Assembly (NCBI GenBank): GCA_943787465.1 | Contig: CALSMN010000003.1 | Location: 65,093-129,092 of the forward strand | From: an uncultured Bacteroidia bacterium | GTDB taxonomy: Bacteria; Bacteroidota; Bacteroidia; NS11-12g; UBA9320 | Length of the DNA: 64,000 nt | Reading direction: 5' to 3' | Part shown: positions 51,385-62,365 of the stretch, piece after piece | Layout of the letters: each line of letters opens with the position of its first letter | Position numbering within the stretch: the first letter of the stretch is position 1 | Notes under the pieces: model-generated | Seen by the model: the letters and a program-made list of their open reading frames with translations, nothing else | Told to the model about the DNA's origin: nothing | Database searches by the model: none | Made by a program: the position numbers and the translations under genes

Positions 51385-52338
51385 ATGAAATCTAATTCAT
51401 ACAATCGATGGTATACCCTATTGAAATGGCTTTTTAGTCTAGTATCTCTTGGGTATTTTATTTATTTGATTCAATCGCATGATTGGTATGATACGTTTAT
51501 ACCCTTATTTATTTCTGCATGGAACAAATTCGCAATTTATTTTATACTTGTTTTTTTTATGGTATTTTTAAATTGGAATTTTGAGGCACAAAAATTTAAA
51601 CTACTTCTGAATTCCCAACGGTGGTCAGATCGGTATCTATTTTTTACTGTTTTGGGAGGCATGGCAATTAGTAATTTCACTCCAGCAAGATCTGGAGAAT
51701 ATATTGGCAGGAGTTTGCTTCTTAAAAAAACCAGCCCCCTAAAAATAGTTATAGCTACCGTGACGGGGAATATAGCACAAGTAATCATGACCTATGGGCT
51801 AGGATTAATGTGTTTGTGTATTATTTTTTTGTTTTTTGATTGGTATGACGCGTGGTTTAATACAGCGTATTTAATTGGGGTGATTTTTATTTTTTTTGCG
51901 TTAGTTTCAGTTACTTTTTATTCAAAAAAAATAGTGGCTTATATCAACAGGTTTTTGCCCAATAAACTCCATACGCTTATCAAGCTAATGAAGCATTATG
52001 AACGCAAACGCTTTGGGAAAGTCATTTTATTATCTTTTCTAAGATACTTGGTGTTTTCTTCACAGCTTTTTATGCTGTTGCAAGTTTTTTCAGATTTTTC
52101 ATTACCAACATACACTTTATTTTTAGTTCCAGTTGCCTTTCTGTTACAAACGATTGTTCCCATTCCCGCAGTATCCGATATTGGGGTCCGAGTTGCAGTA
52201 TGTAGTATGTTATTTGAGGGATTTATTACTGAAACAGTCATCTTTCAATCGGTGACCTTTATTTGGGCCATTAATTTAATAATCCCAGGTATACTGGGCT
52301 CTTTCTTTTTATTAATCTCTAATTTTATCAACGATTGA
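51385..52338 (+). CDS. Lysylphosphatidylglycerol synthase TM / flippase-like membrane protein
   Basis: NWNFEAQKF, TPARSGEYIGR, many TM helices; adjacent to a GT2 gene. Confidence 0.75.
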   Translation: MKSNSYNRWYTLLKWLFSLVSLGYFIYLIQSHDWYDTFIPLFISAWNKFAIYFILVFFMVFLNWNFEAQKFKLLLNSQRWSDRYLFFTVLGGMAISNFTPARSGEYIGRSLLLKKTSPLKIVIATVTGNIAQVIMTYGLGLMCLCIIFLFFDWYDAWFNTAYLIGVIFIFFALVSVTFYSKKIVAYINRFLPNKLHTLIKLMKHYERKRFGKVILLSFLRYLVFSSQLFMLLQVFSDFSLPTYTLFLVPVAFLLQTIVPIPAVSDIGVRVAVCSMLFEGFITETVIFQSVTFIWAINLIIPGILGSFFLLISNFIND

Positions 52339-53447
52339 TTATTACTTACGTCGCCATTGTATTTTTAGTAGCCTTTTTTTATACCCGTCTTTTATATAAT
52401 TATGGTCAATTGTGGAGGGCTATACCGGAATCAAAATATCAGGCTAAAACTAAAGAATCAATAAAGCCAATACGAGTTAGTATTTTAATACCTTTTAGAA
52501 ATGAAGCGAATTCCTTACCCAATCTGATTGAATCCTTAAACCGATTAAATACGTTTAATATAGATGTTGAGGTAATTTTTATTGATGATCATTCAACTGA
52601 TGACGGCCAATCTTATATCAATGATTGTAGATTATCCAAAAAACTAATTCCATTAATCCATGGAACTGGCAAAAAAGAAGCTATTCAGTTAGGATGGAAA
52701 CACGTGAGTGGGGAATATATATTTCAAACAGATGCAGATTGTATTTTGCCAAAAAACTGGATACCGTCCATGATAAGTTTATTTGACAATGAGGTTCATT
52801 TTGTTAGTGGTCCTGTTTTATTTCATGAGTCAAAAAAAATCTGGAATCAACTTGTTGCCATCGATTTTATGTCGTTAATTAGTATTGGAGCGGCACATAT
52901 TCAGTGGAAACATCCATTAATGTGTAACGGAGCAAATATGGCTTACCGTTCAGCTCTGATTAATTCAATAGAATTAAAATCAAATAGAGCTAGCGGTGAT
53001 GATGTTTTTTTATTACAAAGTGCTTTTCAAAAAACAAGTGATGGAATTCGTTTTTGTAAAGATAAACAGGCCATAGTCTATACTAAAGGGCCAGATAATA
53101 TTAATATTTTTTGGAATCAGCGACTACGATGGGCTAGTAAAAATAATGAGTACGAATCAAAATGGAATACAATTATTTTAATAGGGGTATGGGTATTTAA
53201 TGTTATAATACTTATCTCGTTTCTTTCATTTCATAAAATAGGATTCCTTGGAGGGTTTTTTTTGGTACTTATTAAATTAATTTCAGAGCTGAATTTTTAT
53301 TCAAGCTATGCTCAATTTATGGGCTATAAAAAAGGTCTTCCCTATATACTAATGGGTCAATTTTTACACATCATATATATGGTTATATTGCCGCCATTAT
53401 CTCAAATTTTGAGTTTTACATGGAAAGAAAGAGTAATGAAAAAATAG
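52335..53447 (+). CDS. Glycosyltransferase family 2
   Basis: IPFRNEA, DDHSTD, TDADC, SGDD, QRLRW. Confidence 0.92.
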   Translation: MIITYVAIVFLVAFFYTRLLYNYGQLWRAIPESKYQAKTKESIKPIRVSILIPFRNEANSLPNLIESLNRLNTFNIDVEVIFIDDHSTDDGQSYINDCRLSKKLIPLIHGTGKKEAIQLGWKHVSGEYIFQTDADCILPKNWIPSMISLFDNEVHFVSGPVLFHESKKIWNQLVAIDFMSLISIGAAHIQWKHPLMCNGANMAYRSALINSIELKSNRASGDDVFLLQSAFQKTSDGIRFCKDKQAIVYTKGPDNINIFWNQRLRWASKNNEYESKWNTIILIGVWVFNVIILISFLSFHKIGFLGGFFLVLIKLISELNFYSSYAQFMGYKKGLPYILMGQFLHIIYMVILPPLSQILSFTWKERVMKK

Positions 53448-53707
53448 AACTTCCCCTCTTAGAAATAGAGCTGTTAAAAGGATGCCTATTTATGGAATCT
53501 TTTTTAACATTAGTAGAAGAATGTAGCTCAGAGTCTAGGGCAAGTGTGATTGCTGATGCCATAAAAAATTTAATCCATCTCAAATTAATAGTTGCTACAA
53601 ATATGGATGTTTCACTACCTTGGGTTTACGATAGTGATAAAATGCAAGATAGTTTTTTTAAGGCTACTGCAAAAGGGGTGGAGTGGATAGAAAAGTATAG
53701 TTTTTAA
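53420..53707 (+). CDS. Small hypothetical protein, possible winged-helix fold
   Basis: 95-aa ORF filling the gap between genes; IKNLIHLKLI...ATAKG pattern. Confidence 0.55.
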   Translation: MERKSNEKIELPLLEIELLKGCLFMESFLTLVEECSSESRASVIADAIKNLIHLKLIVATNMDVSLPWVYDSDKMQDSFFKATAKGVEWIEKYSF

Positions 53708-53710
53708 ATC

Positions 53711-54379
53711 TTAGTTGTCAATTTTAAATCCCAATCGTTTGCCTGTGGCGAAGCCTCTAGGATTATTAAATGAATCTTTTTGTTGAACCGTTATTTCCAT
53801 CATACTGTCAATGGGGGGCATATATAAGTCAAAATCTAAAGCATAGAGCATGGTTTGTTCTATAATTTTAACTATGGATTCATTTTCTATTTTTTGGGTG
53901 CTAAAATCTTTAAATAAAAAATTCAATTGACGTTGACCATCCACATAAAAATTACCTTCACAATTTACAAATATACGAGCAAGCAGATAGCCAATATCAC
54001 CCAGTCTTTGATATTTTAAAGAGTCTGACAAAAAGTTGTATGCCTGAATCATCCCACAATAACCCCTATCCGAATCTTCATTAACATATTTTGTTTTACT
54101 TACTTCGTGTTCAGGTGGGAAAGAGAAAACATTGGTATGCATGATAAATGCAATAGTGTCACCACTAAACTTTAAATGAAATTCAAATTCACTGATTTGT
54201 TTTAGTTCAACCTCTAAACTTTCATCTTTGCTTATAACCTGAGGTGTTAGGTGTTCGGCTATTTCTAAAGCTGTCTTTTTGAATTGTTTGAAAACCGTGA
54301 GCGTATTTCTGTAAACATGCTGTTTTAGAGCAGCTTTGTTGTTTAATCCATCGATTATTTCTACTAGTTTTTCGGCCAT
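53711..54379 (-). CDS. Conserved hypothetical protein
   Basis: MHTNVF, YNFLSDS, GYLLARIFVN, GKRLGF motifs typical of a Bacteroidota uncharacterised family. Confidence 0.75.
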   Translation of the reverse strand: MAEKLVEIIDGLNNKAALKQHVYRNTLTVFKQFKKTALEIAEHLTPQVISKDESLEVELKQISEFEFHLKFSGDTIAFIMHTNVFSFPPEHEVSKTKYVNEDSDRGYCGMIQAYNFLSDSLKYQRLGDIGYLLARIFVNCEGNFYVDGQRQLNFLFKDFSTQKIENESIVKIIEQTMLYALDFDLYMPPIDSMMEITVQQKDSFNNPRGFATGKRLGFKIDN

Positions 54380-54513
54380 TATCCGTAAATTGTATTTTAT
54401 AACAAAACTAAACTAATAATAACTGAAATAATTAAAATGGTTCACTTTTAAAGTAATGCCAAATAAGGTAAATTTGTGACATCAAAGTTATTCGTAAATT
54501 ATCATTCAATCAG

Positions 54514-55803
54514 ATGTCAGAAACAGCAAAAATTAACATTCAAGGGAAAGAAACAGAGTTGCCAATTGTAATTGGTACAGAGAAAGAGATAGGAATAGAT
54601 ATTAGTAAGCTTAGAGCTGAGACCAAAGCGGTAACGCTTGATTACGGATTTAAAAATACGGGAAGTACTTCAAGTAGTATAACCTACCTTGACGGAGAAG
54701 CAGGTATTTTGCGACATCGTGGGTACTCAATTGAGGAGTTAGCCGATAAAGCTGATTTCTTGGAGGTTGCTTACCTACTTATTAATGGTGAACTTCCCAC
54801 TAAAGAAGAGTATGCCAATTGGGATAATGAAATAAGAAGACACACTCTCGTTAATGGAGATATCCAGAATATATTTGATGCTTGGCCTACAGGATCTCAT
54901 CCTATGGGTCAATTGATTGCTATGATTTCATCGTTATCTTCTTTTTATCCAGAAAGTTTAGATCCTAACTTGGGCGATGAAGCTAGAATGAGAACGATTA
55001 CCCGATTATTAGCTAAGATGCCAACGATTTGTGCCATGATTTCCAAAAATAGAATTGGCCATCCTCTTATCTATCCTCAAAATAGTCTTAATTATGTTGA
55101 GAATTATCTGAACATGACTTTCAAGCATGTTACTGAAGATTATGAAATTGATCCAGTCTTGGTAAATGCCATGAATAAGTTAATGATATTGCATGCTGAT
55201 CATGAGCAAAACTGTTCAGCGTCTACAGTTCGTTTAGTGGGCTCATCCCATGCTAATCTTTATGCTTCGATTTCTGCAGGTATTGCAGCACTCTGGGGCC
55301 CACTTCATGGTGGAGCTAACCAAAAAGTGATTGAAATGCTTGAGGCGATTCATGCAGATGGAGGAGATGCTCAAAAATATATTGATAAGGCTAAAGATAA
55401 GAATGATCCTTTCCGATTGATGGGATTCGGTCATAGAGTTTATAAGAATTTTGATCCAAGAGCCAAAATCATCAAAAAATCCGCGGATGAAGTTTTAGGT
55501 AAATTAGGGGTGAATGACCCTACACTCGAAATAGCAAAAAAACTTGAAGAGGCTGTGCTTTCTGATCCCTATTTTGTTGAACGTAAATTATTTCCTAATG
55601 TAGATTTTTACTCCGGAATTATCTACCGTGCCATGGGATTCCCTGTTGAGATGTTTACCGTATTGTTTGCTCTAGGTAGATTGCCTGGGTGGATAGCTCA
55701 ATGGAAAGAAATGATGGAAGACAAACAACCTATCGGTAGACCTCGTCAGATATATACAGGACCTGTATCGCGTTCATTTGTTCCAAGAGAACAAAGAGGC
55801 TGA
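54514..55803 (+). CDS. gltA: Citrate synthase
   Basis: HADHEQN, GPLHGGAN, GFGHRVYK, NVDFYSG; TAAATTTG -7 box at 54469-54476. Confidence 0.98.
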   Translation: MSETAKINIQGKETELPIVIGTEKEIGIDISKLRAETKAVTLDYGFKNTGSTSSSITYLDGEAGILRHRGYSIEELADKADFLEVAYLLINGELPTKEEYANWDNEIRRHTLVNGDIQNIFDAWPTGSHPMGQLIAMISSLSSFYPESLDPNLGDEARMRTITRLLAKMPTICAMISKNRIGHPLIYPQNSLNYVENYLNMTFKHVTEDYEIDPVLVNAMNKLMILHADHEQNCSASTVRLVGSSHANLYASISAGIAALWGPLHGGANQKVIEMLEAIHADGGDAQKYIDKAKDKNDPFRLMGFGHRVYKNFDPRAKIIKKSADEVLGKLGVNDPTLEIAKKLEEAVLSDPYFVERKLFPNVDFYSGIIYRAMGFPVEMFTVLFALGRLPGWIAQWKEMMEDKQPIGRPRQIYTGPVSRSFVPREQRG

Positions 55804-55809
55804 TGTAAT

Positions 55810-57414
55810 TTACTGAGCCAATCGGGTTTCCAATACTTTTGTATCAAGCATATATCTATCAGTAGTGATGTCTTGATCAAGTACTACAAAGTCTGCTAGT
55901 TTTCCGGGTTCTAATGATCCGATATTATGATCCATTCGGTTTGCTTTTGCGGCCCATCGTGTGATACCCAATAGGGCTTCTTTAGGAGTGAGCGATTCTT
56001 CTGCCAAATATCCTCCAATGGGTAAATTTTTTCTATTTTGTCTATATACGGCTGCATGAAACGTTTGTAAAGGAGAAATATCCTCTACCGGGAAATCAGT
56101 TCCTAATGGTAGATACTGATTCAATGCCAATAAACTTCGATATGAATAAGCTCCCTTCAGCCTTTCAGAACATAATCGTTTGCCTGCCCAGTTCATATCA
56201 CTTGTAGCATGTGTAGGTTGAACACTTGGAATAATAGAGTATTTTGCAAAAAGATATCGATCAGAAGGAGTAACTACTTGTGCATGTTCTATTCTCCAGC
56301 GTAAATCATTTTTGCTTTTAAGGTGACTACCATAAATCTCCAGTACTTTTCTGTTTGCACTATCTCCAATGCAATGGGTGTTAGCTTGAAACCCCATTGC
56401 CTGTATTTCAGCACATAGCGAGTCTATTTTTTCTGGGGAGGTTACCCACACGCCAGAGAAATCATTTTCATCGCAGTATGGTTTTTTTAATCGAGCACCT
56501 CTAGATCCCAAAGCACCATCAGCATAAATTTTAAAAGAGGAAATTTGAAGGTTTTCGCGAGATATAATTCCATTTTCCTTGAAAAAATTAAAATTTTCAG
56601 TGCTTGGATTAGCCATCACATACATTCTTACTTTTAAATCACCAGTTTTTTGTAAACTATCAATTAATTGGATGGTATTTAAATCTAAGCCAGCATCAGT
56701 TACCGTGGTAAGTCCAACTTTTAATACGTTATCCTGAGCTTTTAGAATAGCCCTAATTTGGTCAGATCGACTAGGAGTTGAAATGACATTGGATACTAAA
56801 TCCATGGCATTATCAGTCAATAAACCAGTTAAAATACCATTTTTTTGCTCGATAATTCCACCTTGTACTTTTGTAGTTGGAGTTATACCTGCAAGTTCTA
56901 GTGCTTTGTTGTTTGCTAGGCCAGCATGGCCGTCTACACGCTTTAAAAATACGGGTTGATTTGGGAAATAGATATTCAATAGATTATTGGAAATATTTCC
57001 CTGAGTCGTCCAATCAGTCTGGTCCCAACCTCGTCCAGTAATCCAATATGTTGAGCTGTTTTTTGCAAATTCAACAGTCTTATTGACAACTTCCTCTAAA
57101 CTAAATGTATTTTTTAAATCGACGGTATTTAAGGTAGTGCCATAGCCATAAAAATGAGAGTGAGCATCAATAAAACCAGGATAAATAATCCCTTCGTAGG
57201 TTGTTATTGTCTGGCTAGAGTATATGTTTTCAATATCCTCTCTGGTCCCAAATGCAACAATGCGATGATTGGATATCGCCATGGCTTCTCCAATTTTAAA
57301 AGTGCTATCACAACTGTAAATCTTAGTGGCAAATACAATTTCATCGACTTCAATTTTCTGAGAAGAGCACCCTATTATACCTATGGCAATTAGATAAAAA
57401 AGATTTTTTATCAT
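55810..57414 (-). CDS. Amidohydrolase family 3 (YtcJ-like) lipoprotein
   Basis: Lipobox IIGC; PGFIDAHSH, DGALGSRGA, HCIGD, RIEHAQ, GTDFPVE. Confidence 0.9.
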   Translation of the reverse strand: MIKNLFYLIAIGIIGCSSQKIEVDEIVFATKIYSCDSTFKIGEAMAISNHRIVAFGTREDIENIYSSQTITTYEGIIYPGFIDAHSHFYGYGTTLNTVDLKNTFSLEEVVNKTVEFAKNSSTYWITGRGWDQTDWTTQGNISNNLLNIYFPNQPVFLKRVDGHAGLANNKALELAGITPTTKVQGGIIEQKNGILTGLLTDNAMDLVSNVISTPSRSDQIRAILKAQDNVLKVGLTTVTDAGLDLNTIQLIDSLQKTGDLKVRMYVMANPSTENFNFFKENGIISRENLQISSFKIYADGALGSRGARLKKPYCDENDFSGVWVTSPEKIDSLCAEIQAMGFQANTHCIGDSANRKVLEIYGSHLKSKNDLRWRIEHAQVVTPSDRYLFAKYSIIPSVQPTHATSDMNWAGKRLCSERLKGAYSYRSLLALNQYLPLGTDFPVEDISPLQTFHAAVYRQNRKNLPIGGYLAEESLTPKEALLGITRWAAKANRMDHNIGSLEPGKLADFVVLDQDITTDRYMLDTKVLETRLAQ

Positions 57415-58973
57415 GATTCAGATTGAATAAGTTGTTCTGCAAGTCTAAGAGCTCCAGGAAGATTAACTAATCCACCTGTTTTGGAAATTTGACTAACTTT
57501 AGTTCGTTTTCTACTGCCTGGAATTTTATTTCTCCCCTTAATTGGAATAGCACTATTCAAAATAATAGATTTAAGCTGTACAGCACTTAGCTCAGGATAA
57601 TAACTCCAAACAAAAGCAGCAACTCCAGATACCACAGGACTAGCCATGCTGGTACCATCGTATTTTTCATATGTATTTTCAGGAGTGGTACTATAGATAT
57701 CTACGCCTGGTGAGAAAATATCTACCGAAGATCTTCCATAGTTTGAAAAAGGAGCAATGGCTCTTGGTTTAGCATTCCAACTGCTGGCACCTACCTCAAT
57801 CCAATTGGGGTAGGTGTCCTGAAAATCAGTAGGATAATTATCTGAGATATCATTATTCTTTCCATCATTTCCTGCTGCATGTACGAGTAATACGTCATGA
57901 GAAGCAGCATATTCAATCGCTTCTTTTACATAATTGAGGTGTTCGGCATATCCTTTACCAAAGCTCATATTAATAATTTTTGCTCCATTATCGACCGCAT
58001 AGCGGATTCCATTGGCTACATCTTTGTCGCGCTCATCGCCTTCTGGCACATTTCGAATACTCATTATCTTACAGTTTTGACAGATTCCCACCGCGCCAAA
58101 ATCATTGGATCCATCAGCAGCAACAATGCCGGCAACATGTGTACCATGCGAAGAAAAATCTTCACCATAATACACCCGATTATTTCCATATATTCTATTC
58201 TCTAAATCCAAATAGTTATCTCCCACAGAATCGGGTCTAGGGTCAAACTTAGGATTATACGCATACTTGTATTGATATTCAAATTGCTTAAAGCCTTCTT
58301 TTAATTCTTTTTTTAATGATTGAAAGTCAAAATTTTTGGTTGATTTTGCATATTGAAGGGCCATCATTTTACCCATTTCTTCTCCTTTGTTTTTACTTTT
58401 ATGATTTTCAATGGTAGTAATTTCTATAGGGCCATCGTATTGTTCTTCAATGGCAACTAAACCATCATACATATTTAGAAAAAATTCATAATATAATTTT
58501 GATTCTTTACTTTCATTAAGATATGCTTCTTTTATTTGAAGGTAAGTAGCATATTCATCAGGATAATTTACCTGAACTTCAGGTTTGAGTTCAAATTTTT
58601 CATTTAATCGAGCATATTTTCGGGTAAGTTCCATATTGTCGTATGTCGTATTCCCTATAAAATTCCACCCATATAGGTCGTCAACATACCCATTTTGGTC
58701 ATCATCGATTTGATTATCCATAATTTCTCCTGGATTTTCCCAAATCATATTTCTCAAATCAGGGTGATATATATCTACACCTGCATCTGCAATGGCAACA
58801 ATCACAACAGATGACTTTTTGCCTTTCATCATTTGTACGGCCTCCTCATACCCAATTCCAGAATTTCTTTTTTTATTATTCGGTAGAAGATGCCATAGCG
58901 AGTCTTTTGGCAATTGTGCCCATGTAGAAGAAACTACTAATAAAAGGGCGATTGATTTTAATATTCTATTCAT
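57411..58973 (-). CDS. S8 family (subtilisin-like) serine peptidase
   Basis: DAGVD, HGTHVAG, AAGN, GTSMASP. Confidence 0.93.
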   Translation of the reverse strand: MNRILKSIALLLVVSSTWAQLPKDSLWHLLPNNKKRNSGIGYEEAVQMMKGKKSSVVIVAIADAGVDIYHPDLRNMIWENPGEIMDNQIDDDQNGYVDDLYGWNFIGNTTYDNMELTRKYARLNEKFELKPEVQVNYPDEYATYLQIKEAYLNESKESKLYYEFFLNMYDGLVAIEEQYDGPIEITTIENHKSKNKGEEMGKMMALQYAKSTKNFDFQSLKKELKEGFKQFEYQYKYAYNPKFDPRPDSVGDNYLDLENRIYGNNRVYYGEDFSSHGTHVAGIVAADGSNDFGAVGICQNCKIMSIRNVPEGDERDKDVANGIRYAVDNGAKIINMSFGKGYAEHLNYVKEAIEYAASHDVLLVHAAGNDGKNNDISDNYPTDFQDTYPNWIEVGASSWNAKPRAIAPFSNYGRSSVDIFSPGVDIYSTTPENTYEKYDGTSMASPVVSGVAAFVWSYYPELSAVQLKSIILNSAIPIKGRNKIPGSRKRTKVSQISKTGGLVNLPGALRLAEQLIQSES

Positions 58974-58974
58974 A

Positions 58975-60609
58975 CTATGTTTGTATAACACCTACATTAT
59001 ATTTTTGAACGGGTGCATGGTTAGCCATTTCTATACCCGTGCTTATCCATTTTCGTGTATCCAATGGATTGATAATTTCATCTACCCAAAGTCTGGAGGC
59101 GGCATACTCTGGAGTCGTTTGTTTATTGTAGCGATCGATTATTTTTTGAAGTAATTCTTGTTCTTTTTCTGGCGTAATATCTTCTCCTTTTTTAGCCAAT
59201 GATGCTTTTTCTATTTGTAGCAATACTTGCGCTGCTTGTTCGCCACCCATTACAGCAATTTTTGCTGACGGCCACGCTAGAATTAGTCTTGGGTCGTAAG
59301 CCTTGCCACACATAGCATAATTGCCAGCTCCATAACTATTGCCTAAGATTACCGTAAATTTAGGTACTGTACTGTTACTCATTGCATTCACCATTTTGGC
59401 ACCATCTTTTATTATGCCTCCATGCTCGCTTCTGCTCCCTACCATAAATCCGGTAACATCTTGAAGAAAAACCAATGGAATTTTCTTTTGATTACAGTTC
59501 ATAATAAATCGAGCTGCTTTATCTGCACTATCCGAGTAAATGACTCCTCCAAATTGCATTTCTCCTTTTTTATTTTTTATGATCTCTCGATTGTTGGCAA
59601 CAATACCTACCGCCCAACCATCTATTCGGGCATACCCACAAAGAATAGTTTTACCAAAATTCGCTTTATATTCTTCAAATACAGATTCATCTACCAAACG
59701 TTTGATAATATCGATACTGGCATAGGGTTTTGATCGTTCAAAGGGTAATATTCCATTTAAATCTTGACTATTTCCTTTGGGCAATAGTGCTTTTTTGCGG
59801 TTAAAACCAGCTAAATTAAAATCCCCTATTTTGTCTACCAAAAACTTTATTCGATCCAGACATGCTTCATCATTAGGGAATCGATCATCAATTACTCCAG
59901 ACAAATCAGTTTGAGATATGGAGCCTCCTAATGTTTCGTTATCAATGGTTTCTCCAATGGCTGCTTTTACAAGATAACTTCCTGCTAGGAAAATACTGCC
60001 GGTTTTGTCAACGATTAGTGCTTCATCGCTCATAATCGGGAGGTAGGCACCGCCTGCAACACAGCTTCCCATAACTGCAGCAATTTGAGGAATTCCTTTA
60101 CTACTAAGTATAGCATTATTTCTAAATATTCTGCCAAAGTGTTCTTTATCGGGAAATATTTCGTCTTGTAGGGGCAGATATACACCCGCACTATCTACCA
60201 AGTAAATAATAGGTATATGATTTTCTAGGGCTATTTCTTGTAGACGTAGATTCTTTTTAGCTGTAATTGGAAACCATGCACCAGCTTTTACAGTAGCATC
60301 ATTGGCTACTACTACACATAGTTTTCCAGATACTCGAGTGATCCCTCCGACTACACCTCCAGAAGGACAGCCTCCATGTTCTGCATACATATCATGACCC
60401 GTGAAGGTGCCTATCTCCATGAAATCAGCATCTTTATCCTTGAGATAGTTGATCCGCTCTCGAGCAAGGAGTTTTCCCTTATCATGTTGTTTCGCTGCAG
60501 CTTTCACTCCTCCACCATGATAAATTTTTAGTCTTAAATCCTGATATATTTTTTGCAAGCGTTGGTTCTTGTCCTGATTCGCGTTGAATGTCAAATCTGT
60601 GTTACTCAT
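58975..60609 (-). CDS. Acyl-CoA carboxylase beta subunit (methylcrotonyl-CoA carboxylase-like)
   Basis: ANDATVKAG, GSCVAGGAY, GAGNYAMCG. Confidence 0.9.
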   Translation of the reverse strand: MSNTDLTFNANQDKNQRLQKIYQDLRLKIYHGGGVKAAAKQHDKGKLLARERINYLKDKDADFMEIGTFTGHDMYAEHGGCPSGGVVGGITRVSGKLCVVVANDATVKAGAWFPITAKKNLRLQEIALENHIPIIYLVDSAGVYLPLQDEIFPDKEHFGRIFRNNAILSSKGIPQIAAVMGSCVAGGAYLPIMSDEALIVDKTGSIFLAGSYLVKAAIGETIDNETLGGSISQTDLSGVIDDRFPNDEACLDRIKFLVDKIGDFNLAGFNRKKALLPKGNSQDLNGILPFERSKPYASIDIIKRLVDESVFEEYKANFGKTILCGYARIDGWAVGIVANNREIIKNKKGEMQFGGVIYSDSADKAARFIMNCNQKKIPLVFLQDVTGFMVGSRSEHGGIIKDGAKMVNAMSNSTVPKFTVILGNSYGAGNYAMCGKAYDPRLILAWPSAKIAVMGGEQAAQVLLQIEKASLAKKGEDITPEKEQELLQKIIDRYNKQTTPEYAASRLWVDEIINPLDTRKWISTGIEMANHAPVQKYNVGVIQT

Positions 60610-60748
60610 ATAGATGGGCTCAAACGTACTAAAAAATGGGGACAGTTCCTTACAGGTTTCTTTTCATTTTAACTAAAAATTGGATATGCTGCTGATTTTT
60701 TTCAATAAATAAAAACGGTAATTAGATTGTATAGGACTTGGGGCTGTT

Positions 60749-60756
60749 TATTTTTG
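60749..60756 (+). promoter_or_regulatory. -7 promoter element of ffs
   Basis: TATTTTTG 4 nt before the RNA 5' end. Confidence 0.7.
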
Positions 60757-60760
60757 TACC

Positions 60761-60843
60761 GGCTGACACGACCAGCTCCCTCCGAACTCCCCCAGGGCAG
60801 GAATGCAGCAAGGGTAAGAGGTTGTAGCGGTGCGATGTCAGCC
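60761..60843 (+). ncRNA. ffs: Signal recognition particle RNA (4.5S)
   Basis: GGCTGACA...TGTCAGCC closing stem; domain IV CAGG-GCA-GGAA-TGC-AGCA with GNRA loop; T tract after. Confidence 0.9.
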
Positions 60844-60941
60844 ATTTTTGTTTTACACTATCTTGATGTGGGGTTATTGCCTTTTTTACTATAAAATTTC
60901 AATTCCTATCCTTACATTCGCCAAAACACATTGTATACGAT

Positions 60942-61598
60942 ATGAAATTTTTTATAGACACGGCCAATCTTGACCAAATCAAAGAAGCCAGTGATTTGGG
61001 TATATTGGATGGAGTAACTACCAATCCATCGCTAATGGCCAAGGAAGGAATAACAGGTGAGGCCCATATTAAAGCCCATTACAAAACTATTTGCGATTTA
61101 GTGGACGGAGATATTAGTGCGGAGGTCATTGCAACTGATTTTGAATCCATGATTTCTGAAGGGAAAGCTTTGGCAGATATTCATGAAAATATTGTAGTCA
61201 AGGTTCCCATGACGAAGGATGGGATCAAAGCTATTCGCTGGTTTTCAGACCATGATATTCGGACCAATTGCACCCTCGTATTTTCAGCGGGTCAAGCTAT
61301 TTTAGCTGCTAAAGCTGGAGCGACATATCTCTCCCCATTTATTGGTCGAGTTGATGATATGAATTGGGATGGTATAGAGCTCATTGCTCAAATTGCAGAT
61401 ATCTATACGATTCAAGGTTTTTCTACCGAAATTTTAGCGGCTTCTATTCGTAATCCATTACACATTGTTCGTGCAGCCGAAGCAGGTGCCGACGTATGTA
61501 CCTGCCCTTTATCTTCCATATTAGGGTTATTAAAACATCCACTCACAGATATTGGGTTAGCCCAATTTTTGGCTGATCATAAAAAAGCAAAAGGATAG
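60942..61598 (+). CDS. fsa: Transaldolase / fructose-6-phosphate aldolase
   Basis: FFIDTAN, GVTTNPS, VVKVP, SPFIGR, AASIR. Confidence 0.93.
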   Translation: MKFFIDTANLDQIKEASDLGILDGVTTNPSLMAKEGITGEAHIKAHYKTICDLVDGDISAEVIATDFESMISEGKALADIHENIVVKVPMTKDGIKAIRWFSDHDIRTNCTLVFSAGQAILAAKAGATYLSPFIGRVDDMNWDGIELIAQIADIYTIQGFSTEILAASIRNPLHIVRAAEAGADVCTCPLSSILGLLKHPLTDIGLAQFLADHKKAKG

Positions 61599-61616
61599 TT
61601 TTTTAATGAATTTGTT

Positions 61617-62342
61617 ATGAAGCCAATTGTCATCATTCCCACGTACAATGAAAAAGAAAATATTGTAGCTATGCTAGATAAGGTCATGTCATTGGATGTA
61701 GACTTTGATGTGTTAGTTGTGGATGATAATTCTCCGGATGGTACGGCTGATTTGGTAAAAATGCAACAATCGAATTATCCTCAAATTCACTTACTCGAAA
61801 ATGGGGCTAAAAATGGTTTAGGAACTGCTTATATTAATGGTTTTCATTGGTGCTTGGAACGGGATTATGCCTATATTTTCGAAATGGATTGTGATTTTTC
61901 GCATAATCCTGAAGACCTCATTCGGCTTTTGGATGAACTCGAAAACGGCACGTGTGATTTGGTTGTAGGTTCGCGTTATGTAGGGAATGTCGTGAATGTC
62001 GTTAATTGGCCTATGGGTAGAGTTTTACTCAGTTACTTTGCGTCAGCATATGTTCGTTTTTTTACTCGCATGAAATTATCGGATGCTACTGCAGGTTTTG
62101 TGGGGTATTCGAGAAAACTATTATCGACCATAGATTTAAATGCTATCAAGTTTAGGGGATATGCCTTTCAGATTGAAATGAAATATACGGCTTTTCGATT
62201 GGGGTATCCTATCAAAGAGATTCCCATCATATTTGCCAATCGAACGGCCGGTGAATCGAAAATGCATGGAGGCATCATCAAAGAAGCGTTGATTGGTGTT
62301 CTTCAATTGCGTTTTAAGTCTATACGCCCCAAAAAATCTTAA
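61617..62342 (+). CDS. Polyprenol monophosphomannose synthase (DPM1-like GT2)
   Basis: IPTYNEKEN, DDNSPDGT, MDCDFSH, GSRY, GESKM. Confidence 0.93.
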   Translation: MKPIVIIPTYNEKENIVAMLDKVMSLDVDFDVLVVDDNSPDGTADLVKMQQSNYPQIHLLENGAKNGLGTAYINGFHWCLERDYAYIFEMDCDFSHNPEDLIRLLDELENGTCDLVVGSRYVGNVVNVVNWPMGRVLLSYFASAYVRFFTRMKLSDATAGFVGYSRKLLSTIDLNAIKFRGYAFQIEMKYTAFRLGYPIKEIPIIFANRTAGESKMHGGIIKEALIGVLQLRFKSIRPKKS

Positions 62343-62365
62343 ATATTCATACGCATTTCATCCAT

